In this document: positions 25,601 through 37,289 of the stretch, one piece after another
Numbering within the stretch: position 1 is the stretch's first letter
Layout of the letters: the number at the start of each line of letters is the position of its first letter
Source of the DNA: Bugula neritina
Lineage: Eukaryota; Animalia; Bryozoa
Length of the DNA: 64,000 bases
Assembly (NCBI GenBank): GCA_964035545.1
Contig: OZ037767.1
Location: forward strand, 20,848,628 to 20,912,627
Reading direction: 5' to 3'
Notes under the pieces: generated by a model
The model's database searches: none
What the model saw: the letters and a program-made list of their open reading frames with translations, nothing else
Told to the model about the DNA's origin: nothing
Position numbers and translations under genes: made by a program

Positions 25601-28600
25601 ATATGCCTTGTTTTACTATACGATCATGGTACTAGGATATATTTATATTTATTGTATTTACTTTTTAGAGGAATGCTGTGTAATTTTGCTGCCATTAATT
25701 ATAACTCATTACAATTTAGTTAACTTTTCAAAATTTTATTATTTTTTCTACAAACAGGAGATTGATGAGAACACAAGTAAGAAAAATTATCTCAATATAT
25801 TCAGAATTTAAAGGATTGCTCTATCTTAGTTTATTACAATCACATTATAATTATGAACTATAATCTAATGTGTATGCAAACAATTGTGACTTTGCAAAGG
25901 GATATATGCCTAGAAAACAGCTTTTCAAAATTCCAGTTTTGAGGGAGGTAAAATTTTCAGCCATGAAAAAGAATAGCCTAATACGTGACGTGTGAACGCC
26001 AGTAACTATGCTGCACGTGCTAACTATAACGCTAGTATTCAAGGCTGCTGAGCGCAACATCAACCAATAACGCTCAAGCAGTTACAGTGCGCTATATAGG
26101 TCAGCTTTGGTGCGCCCGTAATATTGCACAATCTGACCTAGTTTAGATCGATCGCAGGCATTCATCCTAAAGAATGCATGTTTTTGCAATGCTTTTTTCT
26201 ATGTTTACAAGCAAAATATGGCCTAATGTTATCACATACATGTTATTTAACATGTCAAAAAACTATAGATTGAGATAATTCACATTTGCACTTCTATAAA
26301 TATACAAATTACGAGCTAAAAGATCACATCTCACAGTCATATTTCTATAGTTATTCATTTGTATAGTCACGTGACTAGCAGGAATGCTGGCGCTGTTACG
26401 TCACAGTTCCCAGCTCATTTCAAAATCGGCGTTTTGGCTGTTACCAATCTACACCCTCAACTTCAACTAACTTTTTCTACCTTTGGTCAAATGCTTTTTG
26501 TCAATGCATGCTTAGAAAAACACAATATTATGTGTGTTTGACCTAAATGGCCATTTATTAGACAAGATAGAGCAATCCTTTAAGGTTGTTTTATTTTGTT
26601 ACGAAATGTTAACCTGTTTCTATAACTTGTTATAACCTGCTCTTACTTGCTATATTACCTGTTTCTATATGCTATCACCTGTTATTTCCTGCTCTTACCT
26701 GTTATTACCTGTTATTACCTGCTATCACCTGTTATAATCTGACCGCATGGTGTACTTGCTGTAGTATATGCAATGCTGTTAATAGACAAAGAGGCAGCGA
26801 CGCTAGAAGAACAAGTCTACAAGCGCCTCAGAATTTCCAACCCTCACCGGCAGCAAGTACCAAACATGCCAAAGAAATACTTCAACTGTAAATTTAAAAC
26901 GGAAAAGCTCAGCAAGTGAGTTTACAGTTGTTACCTTCAAATTTGCAACCAAACCAATATTGATTGTAAATTATGTGTAATTTATTTTTCTGCAATCAGC
27001 TAGTGATGGTAAAGAGTAAATTTTAGGGTGAAGCGAGTGATGTAATTCAATTTGTCTACCATCACGATGATTTACATTAAAAATATATTTTAATATTAAA
27101 CTCAGTTTAATATTATATTAGAAAGTTTACTTTGTTATCAAATGGTAGTTGTATGCTTTATAAATTTAGGTTTTAGCTAGCTTTTACACTATTTGCTGCC
27201 AAGATGTTTTGTTTTGAGTATCTTTTTGATAATTCAACAGGTTTATTAATTAATAATAAAGGTTGCATACTTTATATTTGCGCAATATTTTTCTTTGTAA
27301 TTTAACTTAATTCATGTAGCATACCATTATGAAATTGATACTATTGTATATGCACAAGGAGTGAAATTTTATTCACTTGCTTTGAAAATATTGATGAGAG
27401 TTAAAATGGAGCAAAACAACAGCAATATTCACTATAGCTTCACTGTTTATGTGAATGCAGAATACTTCATGTTTTGGTCTGTTTTAGACATACAGAGTTA
27501 TCCTCTCTTTTCTAGATTTTATGGAGGAAGTCTTGAAGACCGAGAGCAGACATTTTTCACTCCGACTCAGAGATCCATGGCTGTCTTCCAGATTCTCCGA
27601 ACAACGTCTTACGGAAAGAGAAGCAGAGGAGAAGTTGGAGTGGAGCAGCTGATTGAAGATGAAGTGTTTACAGCTGCATATCCTCTCCATGATGTATGTG
27701 TTTCCATAGCAACCTTGTCTCCATAGTAACCATGTCTGTATATCCTCTCCATAATGTATGTGTTTCTATAGTAACCATGTCTGTATATTATCCTCTCCAT
27801 GATGTATGTGTTTCCATAGCAACCTTGTCTCCATAGTAACCATGTCTGTATATCCTCTCCATAATGTATGTGTCTTCATAGCAACCATGTCAGTGTATCC
27901 TCTTCATAATGTATGTTTCTCAATAGTAACACTATATGTATATCCTCTCTATACGTATACGTCTTTATATAGTAACCATGTCTCTATAGCAACCATGTCT
28001 GCTTATCTTCTCCATGTATCCACTATTACCAATTAGCTACCATCACTTTTGGAAAATGAAACATAGTTTAATCTTTCAACTATGGAGTGTGGTTTATTCC
28101 CGGTAGGGTTTTTCTGCTGAAGATCACACTAAAGTTACAATATAGAAATTTTGCTTTGAGAGAGCAAATCTACCAGATATACCTGCTTCCTTTGACGCCA
28201 GCTTTTAATTATTATTATTAGAAATAAGTTTGTATAGCTCAGGCTGTTTGTATAGCTCAGGCTGTGCATTGAAGGGGGAGCTTACACCAAAAGACCAAGA
28301 CACACCCCTTACCAAGAGACAAGTGTTGTGGAAGTACTGGGGCAATTACAGGAAGTGGTACAAGCATCAGCCCATCCAGCACATCAGGGAATACTTTGGT
28401 GAAAAAATTGGTATATACTTTGTGTGGCTAGGTACGTGAAGCTGACCAATTGGAAGGAACTATTATTTTAACAATACAACAGAAAGTATCATAGTTATAC
28501 TCTCTACATTAGTTTCTAATTACATTCATAATTACTTGTAGAAATCCAGTTAAGCATAATAAGCTTATTCATTGTTATCTAAACAAGTATAAGAAGTGAA

Positions 28601-31600
28601 ATTTAATGAAATAATGATTAGCATTTAGATCAAGCTAGTCATTGAAGAACAGCAAAATACAACCTTTTTTGCCATTGTCACTAACTAAAATGTAGCTGTA
28701 TATAATACAAATAATAAAGGCCAATTAGCAAAACTTGGCAAACTTAAATCATTTGATTTAAGGGAGAATAATTTACTCGTGACTGTCATGACTAATATTG
28801 ATTTAGTGTCATTATATGGATGTATAACTGTTCCTGTAATAGCAGCTTGTAATTTAGTATGTTTAGATTTTATAGCCTGGGTTATAATATACTCCATTAA
28901 TTCATTGAAACAAGGAATCTGGGACTAACATTTCCTTTCTATCTAACACTGAATTGATTTCTGGAAATAGTCCGAATATTAGCAAAACGGATGCACTTTG
29001 AATTTGCAATTAGACTGAGGCTTTTATTGGTTTGAATTAAACATGCTACTATAGTTGCAGGAGAATGCTGCCTGCCTTGTAATACAATGTCGCTGTGTAA
29101 ATGCATTAAACTCTCAAACACTGAAAACCGGTGGCTCCAGGTTCAGTCAAGCAATTCTGTCTGTTGGCTGACAAACGCAGATTTTCATTATCTAGCTTAA
29201 CGTTTGTATTAAATTTATGTTTAAAGGGTTCTACACAACGTTTCTTCTCCCAGCTGCCCTTGTAGGTGTAGCTGTCTTCTGCTATGGCATATACAGTGTG
29301 AAAGGTAATCAGGTCATGTGAGTATGACTCATTCAACTTTATCTTCTCAAGTTGAAAGTTGTTAAAAATAGTTCTTTTGAATGAGATAATTTTTTATTAT
29401 AACAGGACAAAATCAAATCCTTGCCAGTTTGGAGATTTAAATTATTTACTAGCATCAGGGAAAAAAATAGGATATTTATTTAGTAATATTACTCCAATAT
29501 TATAAGTATACTATAAGTAAAAGCTGCATTATTTTAGCAAGGAGATTTGTGACAGCGGTACAACTCTAAAGATGTGTGCGCCCTGCGACGAGTGCCCAAC
29601 ATTTTATCTGTCGGAGCTGTGCTGGTTTGTTAAAATAGGCTATTTCTTTGACCACCCTGGTACAGTGTTCTACGCTGTTTTCATGTCCTTCTGGGGTAAG
29701 TGAAAAGTAAAATGTAAGCTCACTCTATTTTGCTAAACTGTTTTTGCATTCTGTAAAATTATATATTTATGTGTTGGTTATGGTTGTTTTATTTCTCTGT
29801 ACGCAGTTTAAAAATTGTTTCTCAACATTGCACTGAAAAATATTTAAGCTTCAAATATTTTGAAATAAAGGCTAAATTATGTGAAGACAATTGAAACTCA
29901 ATTCTCCATACAACCCAGTGGGCATAACTGAAATTAAAACCAAAAGGTTTTTTATGTTCAATTATATGCAAGTAAAACAGTAAATAACCAAAATACACCT
30001 TTTTTACCTGTGAAAGAGCTCCAATTATGATTTCATGGCATGAACAATACGTATGTGTGCACAAGTTTACATGGAGTTTGATTTCATTTATACTGTATTG
30101 TGTGTGTTTATTTCCGCTTAAATCTGAACTAAAATATGCATATTGAGACATCAAATCTGCATGGTCTACTTTCAGCTGTATTCTTCTTACAATTCTGGCA
30201 AAGAACTGCAGTGAAAACAGCATTTGACTGGGATTGCATGGACTACAGCGAATTGGACGAACGACCCCGTCCTGCATACATCAACTTAGCTCCTGAGATA
30301 ATAAAAAATCCAATAACTGACTCCATAGAACCGCATTTCCCCAAGCAGAAGCGAGCCCGTAGAATGGTTGCCAGTTACGTGTTTATACTAGCCATGGTAA
30401 GTGTTTAGATGTCTAAACTATTACGTATATTTAGAAGTTGCCCTACCTATGCTTGGTATTACTAGTATATTTATTTATTATGCAGTTTTTTAGTAATTTT
30501 GAAAAATATCGGACATATCGACAACTATTTGTGGTGCCAAACCAAGATACATGATTAACACGATAACATTTGTCTTAGAGCTAGAGATGGCAACCACACA
30601 ATTTAAAATTATTTGGTGGGTAAAATCATAGGTTTGTAAAGCTTAACAGAAGCATTTCATTTAGCAAACTGTATAGTTGATTTAAAATATAAGCACCCCG
30701 CAGGCAGTTATAAATAACTAGGAACTTAGAGAAAAAGACCAATTGATACTCTTTCTTGAGGAACTCTTTTTTCTTTCAGATGGGAATTGTAATAATGTTT
30801 ATTCTGTCCTGCATCCTCTACAAAGTCTTGGTATCCATCCACTTGGCTCGTCTCAACTGGAAGCTAGCAGAACTGCAGCAGTTCTCTGGAGTTGTTGCAG
30901 TCATATCTGGTACAGTTCTCAATCTAATCCTCATTATCATCATGGGCTGCATCTATGAACTCATGGCATTTAAGCTGACACATTGGGGTAAGTGTCTGAT
31001 GTACTTTGAAGGGGGTAAGTGTCTGATGTACTTTGAAGGGGGTAAGTTTGGTTTGGTGTTGGCAACTTTCTTTGCTCTTGTTGTTGATGTTTAGATCTCT
31101 GGTTTTACCAAAAAAGCTTGATTCAAGATAGTACTTCTCTTCAAAATATGTTTTGTTTGAATTATAATATTTCAATTTTCAATGCAATTTATATGGTAAA
31201 ACTAGCGTATTTATACATATTCTGTTGTTAGATTATAAAATCAGCAATGATTTTAAAAGATAGTTACTTGCTTAGTTTATTTGCCATTCAATAATATAAT
31301 AATATAGTATGATAATCAGATGATAGGAAATACAGTAGAAATATTAAAAATGCTATTGGAACAAATACATCTTCCATCGCGGTGCAACCCCTTTTTCAAT
31401 TGAAAAATAAACATTATAACTGTTATGTAATGCCATGATTGTTCTAAACTACCTACATAAAATAACTTCTTGTCCATGATGTAAAATCATGACTTTAAAC
31501 TAAAGAAATAGTAATTTAATTCTAATTCATATTATCACAGCATTTTAACCACAGAACTCTTTACTTTGTTCAGAGATGCACCGGACCCAGACGGAGTTTG

Positions 31601-34600
31601 AAAAATCCTTCACCATTAAAGTATTCCTGTTTCAATTTGTGAACTATTACTCATCCATTTTCTATGTGGGCTTCTTCAAGGGAAAGTTTGTTGGGCATCC
31701 TGGAAATTACATTCGATTTCTCGGCCTTCGGAACGAAGAGGTGAGAGATTCCTACGACATGGTGTATCAGTCTCTCGTAAGAGATATGAACCGTGATGAA
31801 TCATCAAGCTTTTGAGAGTTGAACATGTTTCAAGTATTAAACATGATGAAATAAAGTTTATTACTGACTTCTAGTGCACGAGTGGTGGATGTATGATAGA
31901 GTTGGCGCAGCAGTTACTAGTCATCATGGTGGGCAAGCAGATAGTCAACAACGTCACTGAGATCTACCTACCGTAAGTCTGATTCTATACTGTGAACCTT
32001 TATGTTTTTATGTAATCAACAACCAATGAAGAAATTATAGACCGGGTACCCGAACAGGACAAAGCGGAGATAGGTGAGAAAAAAACGAAAAAATTATAGC
32101 TCGCTTAACAATGCATTCTACTGATAACTAAAGTAGAAAAAGTTTAGTGTTTAGGCAATTTATATAGTTTCTTCATTGAGTTTGAAACTTTTATCAACTA
32201 TGTAATGGAAGAACAATTCTAGCATTTGCAATTTTTAATAATTGAAGGTCTCTTTGTGGCTGATTTACTAGGTATAATGTCCACACAATATATTGCATCA
32301 GATTTTTAGCTGCTAGAAAATAAATAACTTAAGTAACAAAGAGAGCCTTTTTAACCTCAACATTCCAAATATATTTCAATGCCTAAATGCAGTTGAATGT
32401 CACCGCTAGTAAAACTTGAACTTATCAGATCTTAACTATAATTTTATGGTTTCAGTGATGAACTTTCAGTTGACTTGATTCAAAAAATTTTGACAGTAGG
32501 TATGGCAATAAAATTTGATGTTGAATATTGCAATGAAATGGGCTATTAAATCCATCAGCCATGCACATCCTTATTCTCTGTTCATAGAAAGATTCTAGCA
32601 TGGTGGCAAGGAAAGTCCAGGACATTTTGTCTTGCTGACGTTGAAGAAAACTTTGTAGTGCAGAGGTGGGAAGCGGATTACCAGCTCTTGCCGGCTACTA
32701 AACTATTTGAGGAATACCTTGAAATGAGTAAGCTAAGTATACGGAAACTGACTGGTTACTTTTGAGCTGCGTGCTAACATGTGCATATGTTAATAAATAG
32801 AAGGCAACTAAAACAAAGAAAGCTTAACTATTTTTTGCTAAAAGCAGATTATATTTGTAAACTCAAGCAATTTTGCTGAAAAGTGTTGATCTTTTAACTT
32901 TATAACTTTTCTGTAGAGAACTCAAAAGGAGTTTTGTTCTCGTGAAACTATTTTGTTAGTGCATTTAAGTAGTTAGACTGTTAGTCACTCTATTAACGGT
33001 TAGTTATACTCTACTGGCAGTGTGTGCTGCATTTAGCCAAACTATAACTTTACTGCCCTGAAGAATTTTTGGTCTGCTATTTTTTCATCAACACACCTAT
33101 AACTTCTTTCGCACAAAAACACACAGATTGAAACAGGTAGAAAATAACAGAAACATAATTTGCATCAAAATTTATAGCCTTGCAGTTTGGATTCATCACT
33201 ATATTTGTGGCGGCCTGCCCTCTCGCACCACTGTTTGCACTCATTAACAATTGGATAGAGCTAAGACTAGATGGAAGGAAGTACTTGTGTGACTTCAGGC
33301 GTCCCGTGGTAGAGAGAGCACAAGATATCGGAGTCTGGGCGGACATTTTGGTTACTATTGCCCACATAGCTGTGGTGAGCAATGTGAGTGCCTAGCAATT
33401 GTTCCTTTAGTCTCGCAAGAGAAACGCAACTAGCAGTGAAAGTGGGAGGGGTTTAGAGTTAAAGTGTTCATTATGGTTAGACATGTTTAACTTCGTATAA
33501 GTTGGCATCTGGTTTTTAAGCCAGTTCCAAAGGCAACTCACTCACTTAAAGCCAGGCAAACTTTTAACCCAAACTGCTCTCTAGAGTTTTGAGTTTTTCC
33601 AACAAAACTTCTCACATTTACTCCCAAACAGAAAAGGCACTCAGTTATATCTCTCTTTGATTAAGTTTCTATTCCATTCTTATATTCATCTACACGTAAG
33701 TAAAAGAATGCTTAAGCTTGTTAATTTGGCCAGTGTTAGTGAAGATGAACAGCTTGTAATTTTCTGCTCTTAGATAAATTTTCAAAATTGTATAAAAGCT
33801 GTGTAATTTCAACCCTACACGGTAGTTGAAAATATTGAACATCTCTGTGTATGTTGCAGGCGTTTCTCATAGCTTTTACTTCTGACTTCCTACCACAAGC
33901 CTTGTATCAGTACAGAGTTGACCCTGAGCTGAAAGGTTTTGTTAACTTCACTCTTTCAACTTCCAATCACAGCGGAGAGTACTGCAGGTAAATTGTATCT
34001 TCAATTCTTGATTAACAGCCTGAATTTTACCTCCAAAATTTTTTCTTCAAATGAGAAACAATTACGAAAAAATTTAAGAATTTGATCAACTAAAATAGAG
34101 AAGTATACACTATTAAATAGCTCAAGGCATTAGTTAAAACTGGTCAAAGTGGTTGTTGGCTGAAATGATTTAATCAAATGCCATATCAAATATTGCACAA
34201 TAGCATGCTAACATAAAGAGTAGCGGAAGTGTTTAGTGTTTAGAGATGCTGCTCTAACATAAAATGTGTAATGCTATGACAGATGAAGTGCTAACAGGGT
34301 CATTATGAGCATCTGATCAGAATGGCAGCAACCCTTCAGCTATGTTGCCAATAAAAAACTTTATAGCTTATTCAAAACTCTTACCAATAAGGGTATCATA
34401 GGAGTTGCTTACACTCCTGTTTTGAGGGTATCCTAGGAGTGGTCTTCCACTGTTGTTATGAGGGTATCATAGTAGTTGTCCTACACTCTTGTTATGAGGG
34501 TATCATAGGAATTGTTTTACAGTTTTGTTATGAGGGTATCATAGGAGTTGTCCTACACTCTTGTTATGAGGGTATCATAGGAATTGTTTTACACTCTTGT

Positions 34601-36312
34601 TATGAGGGTATTATAGGAGTTGTCCTACACTCTTTTTCTGATGGTGTCATAGGAGTTGTCCTACACTCTTGTTATGAGGGTATCATAGGAGTTGTCCTAC
34701 ACTCTTGTTATGAGGGTATCATAGGAGTTGCCCTACACTCTTGTTATGAGGGTATCATAGGAATTGTTTTACACTCTTGTTATGAGGGTATCATAGGAGT
34801 TGTCCTACACTCTTTTTATGAGAGTATCATAGGAGTTGTAACTATAACCAGATAACAAATAGTAGATCAAATTTTTGTATGCAGTGACTTGCAATACTAC
34901 TGCTATTACTCCTAGTACTGCTGTTGATACAAGTACTATTACCTCTATACTTTCGCTAGCATATTATTGTTACATAAACAACTCTGTTGACAGATATCGA
35001 GACTTCAGAAATGAAGATGGCAGCTACTCACAAGTTTATTGGCAGCTTCTCTGCATACGACTGGCATTTGTCGTCTGCTTTGAGGTAAGAACAACTTTTC
35101 ATGAGAATTAAACTTTTAGTCACCAAACACGTGTCATGCTTCCATTTCGTGTCATGCTTCTATTTCGTTGACGCAAAATCTTATGTGTTTGTTAGCCATA
35201 AAAACGTATGATCTAATGATGTTTTCTTATATTTTACTGGTGAGTTTTGGCTTTTTTACTGTGAATTTAATTTTTTACTGAAATTCACAAAACAGTGAAA
35301 ATTCTATCTAATTGACTACATAGACTGAATTTTCAACACAAAGTTGAGCTAAAATTGCAAACTGATTGGAATGTTAAGTTTATCAGTTGCACGTTTCTTG
35401 TTAAACTTGAAAGCATAACTAGAGCTACAGAAAACGAAAAATTAGAATGGGAACAAATAAAACTGGAACTGAAATTGATAGCCTTCATGCATAGGCATGG
35501 TCACAATAAATTGTGTATATGTTGAAGAACTGTTATTTGTTTCAAACCTTCTCAACTTGTGTCATCATTTGATGTATTTCAGCACTTTGTGTTTGTGGTT
35601 ATGAGGCTTATAGATGTAATGGTACCTGACATACCCAACAGTCTGGCCACAACTATCAAACGGGAGCAGTATTTAGGGAAACAAGCTCTGGTTGACAATC
35701 ATACTGCTCTACTGGTGAGTTGTCACAAGTCATCGCACAATACAGTGACATTACACTGTGTATAGTAGTGACATCACATATAGTAGTGACATCACACAAT
35801 ACAGTGACATCACACATAGTAGTGACATCACACGTAGTAGTGACATCACACATAGTAGTGACAGCACCCATAACAGTGACATCACACATAGTAGTGACAG
35901 CACACATAACAGTGACATCACACATAGTAGTGACAGCACAAGTTAAGTAACACCTTACAATAGCATCACATAATTAACTTTCGATCGTTAAAAATAATAC
36001 TTTATAATAAACTTAATTTGAGTGTGTGTTTGTGCGAACGAGTGAGTGAGAAAGCGTGCAGGTGAATATGTGAGACATTGGGTAAAAGCATTGGTAAATG
36101 AGTGAAATAAAAGAGACAGCGTAAGTTATATGAAAAAAGAAAATAAACATTGCAAGATCAATGCAGTTCAGAAAACGTTATAATTATTCGCAATGCTATA
36201 TGAATTTCTAAATATGAAACAATGGTTAATAATATTACAGCTGGCTAAAAACTTGGAAGATGACGATGAGGACGAAGAGATTAAAAGCAAATCATTAACT
36301 AAGAATATGTAG
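22642..36312 (+). CDS. ANO7: Anoctamin/TMEM16 family Ca2+-activated channel/scramblase, ANO7-like (~924 aa)
   Basis: 21 phase-consistent exons: 22642-22758, 23516-23611, 23930-24062, 24459-24583, 24913-25020, 25758-25776, 26786-26915, 27516-27693, 28275-28431, 29227-29317, 29538-29695, 30176-30396, 30780-30987, 31574-31740, 31875-31972, 32588-32727, 33178-33383, 33860-33987, 34994-35084, 35583-35714, 36241-36312. Motifs [46 protein letters not shown], and Ca-site segments [20 protein letters not shown]. Family is certain; the ANO7 subfamily call is from remembered similarity only. Confidence 0.93.
25812..26579. mobile_element. Non-autonomous DNA transposon (Kolobok-type MITE), copy 1, in an anoctamin intron
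   Basis: TIR AGGATTGCTCTATCTT...AAGATAGAGCAATCCT flanked by TTAA on both sides (25808-25811, 26580-26583). Near-identical inverted copy at 59476-60244. A TTAA TSD with purine-purine termini fits Kolobok. Confidence 0.88.
27679..28020 (+). repeat. Tandem array of the anoctamin exon-8 end plus donor site
   Basis: TATCCTCTCCAT(G/A)AT|GTATGTGTTT... recurring at 45-62 bp spacing. Confidence 0.9.
30985..31047 (+). repeat. 27-bp tandem repeat triplicating a splice donor
   Basis: GGGGTAAGTGTCTGATGTACTTTGAAG x2 plus GGGGTAAGT. Confidence 0.9.
34389..34838. repeat. 36-bp minisatellite, ~12 copies
   Basis: Unit GAGGGTATCATAGGAGTTGTCCTACACTCTTGTTAT. Confidence 0.95.
35740..35940. repeat. 18-bp minisatellite next to a donor
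   Basis: Unit AGTGACATCACACATAGT. Confidence 0.9.
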
Positions 36313-36945
36313 CAGCGGCTTTACAGGACAATGGAGTAGATGGTAGTTTACCATAGTGAAAGTTGTTTTTGTGAGTTATGAGAGTCAATAAATGTGTTGG
36401 TGATACAATTCTCTAACAAAGACATGTCAATATGTTTCCAATTCATCAGCACTTCTTAAGAGGTAGGTGCAGTAATGGAAAGTTATCTAAAAATCCTCTG
36501 TTTTGCATAAGTGAGAAATAGTCCAAGAGAAGCTATGTTTTCAAGCTATATTTCACCAGCACCCTGGACCCTGAAATTAAAACTTCTCTGTTACTGGACC
36601 TTTAAATAATCTTTCCCCTAGTGTATAAGTCTACTAGTGACTAAACTCTAAAGCAACTGGTCACTAAGCTCTCTACTATGAGCATTCAACTACATGTTGC
36701 GGTACCGCAACTCTCAACAAAGAAGTACAGTTTCCAGGCTTTGACTGTTGATTCACAGAGCGGTGAGCATGCAGGAGAATGTTCTTAGTTGTGCTGAGTA
36801 GCTATAGAGCTTCTTTGTGCTCTGCACTAGCTCTTGATGCTTTTTACAGCAAATATTTTAAAACAATGCATTTCTTATGCAGCCAGTTTAACACATTGAT
36901 GGCAAGGTGGCAATACTCTATATAAATCACTGCATTACTTTGTAA

Positions 36946-37289
36946 GCCTAGGGGCACACTGTGCATATTTTCGCATGCGAACATTTAAACCACAAGTAGC
37001 AAAGGTGCCCACTGTATGCGTTAAGAAAACATTTGCACTTGTCGCTCAGCATTCTGAACGCAAGTGCGAATCGTCTCTGTCGTCGTCACCTAATTGGCTG
37101 GTAGTTATTTAGCGAGCCCAATTCTTTTCTTTTAGTGCTATATTCCAGTAAATTGCGTTTTATTAAAAGCGAGTGCGATTTAAAAATGAAAGCTTTATTT
37201 ATCACACATCACTGACGCTACAGTGGACACCTTCGCTACCTGTGGTTTCAATTTTCGCGTGCGAAAATACGCACAGTGTGGCCTTAGGC
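36946..37289. mobile_element. PIF/Harbinger-type (Tourist-like) MITE, 344 bp, copy 1
   Basis: About 70-bp imperfect TIRs starting GCCTAGGGGCACACTGTGC; TAA on both flanks; inverted copy at 62830-63173. Confidence 0.85.

Noticed and set aside
25851-26541. Short ORFs duplicated at 59514-60205
   Set aside because: Shared only because they lie in two copies of a MITE; no transposase motifs.
34439-34855. 138-aa repeat ORF ([12 protein letters not shown])n as an anoctamin exon
   Set aside because: It is a 36-bp minisatellite; the flanking exons join in frame without it (YCR-YRD).
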